In this document: positions 43,863 through 44,257 of the stretch, in pieces
Numbering within the stretch: the first letter of the stretch is position 1
How the letters are laid out: the number at the start of each line of letters is the position of its first letter
IMG/VR virus record: IMGVR_UViG_3300016484_000460
Location: 1 to 44,257 of that record
DNA: 44,257 nt
Source: a virus
Lineage: Duplodnaviria; Caudoviricetes
Reading direction: 5' to 3' (one strand)
Program-made: the position numbers and the translations under genes
The notes under the pieces: generated by a model
What the model was told of the DNA's origin: nothing
Database searches by the model: none
The model's input: only the letters and a program-made list of their open reading frames with translations

Positions 43863-43997
43863 TCGCTGGTCAATATCCAGCAGTTTGACCGGGTGTCTAC
43901 CTGGGGAGATTCAGGCGCTGCGGACCGCTCGATATTGGACGCCGGCACCCGAGAAACTCAGTATTCATGCGGGTTCCAGCGGTTTTCAGGCCGGGGC

Positions 43998-44042
43998 CTG
44001 TTAATCCGTAGGTCCCTGGTTCGAGCCCAGGTCGGGGAGCCA
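43998..44042 (+). other. att core: 3' half of tRNA-Asn(GTT)
   Basis: CTGTTAATCCGTAGGTCCCTGGTTCGAGCCCAGGTCGGGGAGCCA = anticodon loop, T-arm, acceptor 3' strand and CCA; 5' half absent. Confidence 0.9.
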
Positions 44043-44061
44043 ATTAATACCGCACAGAATC

Positions 44062-44095
44062 AAGCACTTAGCGAGAAATCGCTAGGTGCTTTTTT
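44062..44095 (+). terminator. Rho-independent terminator downstream of att core
   Basis: AAGCACTTAGCGA-GAAA-TCGCTAGGTGCTT stem (one G-U pair) followed by a T run. Confidence 0.8.
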
Positions 44096-44257
44096 CTTGC
44101 CCTTGCGGCAGATATTGGACACTAATTGAACGCTGTCCAATATCCAGCACCTGTTCGCGGGCCCGCTGAAGGGGGATGGTGCCGGATGGCCGTCGCCGGC
44201 ACAGTATCCCGAGGCCGGCGCAGTGGTAGCCGATGGGACACGCGCAGCGATGCGAGG

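Larger units (their letters stand above)
43871..44149. repeat. Integrase arm-type repeats flanking the att core (attP-like)
   Basis: CAATATCCAGCA 43871-82; GATATTGGAC at 43931-40 and 44111-20; GTCCAATATCCAGCA 44135-49. Confidence 0.75.
1..44257. mobile_element. Temperate siphovirus genome (lambdoid organisation), near-complete or complete
   Basis: Ordered modules for lysis-like membrane genes, tail, head, terminase, replication, immunity, recombination, xis/int and att; no host housekeeping genes in the window. Confidence 0.95.

Noticed and set aside
43965-44042. Complete tRNA-Asn gene
   Set aside because: The 5' acceptor strand, D-arm and 5' anticodon stem are absent; only the att-core half is present

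Overview
The window is an essentially complete ~44 kb, high-GC temperate siphovirus with lambdoid organisation. The host is probably a Burkholderiales betaproteobacterium (inferred from GC content and the tRNA-Asn att core). The minus strand (28794 to 28) carries cro, replication (DUF1376-type initiator with iterons), RusA, terminase, portal, Mu-F-like minor head, protease/scaffold, capsid, neck, tail, tail fibre and a membrane/holin cassette. The plus strand carries a short cI and, from 30709, the early-left operon: Exo/RecT/SMC-like ATPase/DnaQ, HD hydrolase, Gp37Gp68, DUF1643, Xis and Int, ending in an att site (3' half of tRNA-Asn with arm-type repeats on both sides, so attP-like). The top candidate for an undescribed system lies inside the head-neck module. 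A late-expressed 766-aa beta-helix/depolymerase-like gene has a ~2 kb C-terminal passenger exactly bracketed by a 14-bp inverted repeat: one copy is in frame at codon ~96, the other overlaps the stop codon. It is followed immediately by a second, lambda-Int-like tyrosine recombinase with no arm-binding domain, suggesting a recombinase-driven domain-swap or phase-variation cassette. Other observations: a 7-copy TAGCAT late-promoter motif (three copies apparently leaderless, one internal and upstream of a nested scaffold gene), an SGNH lipoprotein in the immunity region, a candidate structured RNA with an anti-SD-like loop, and no recognisable endolysin. All family assignments come from motif recognition and synteny, not database searches.
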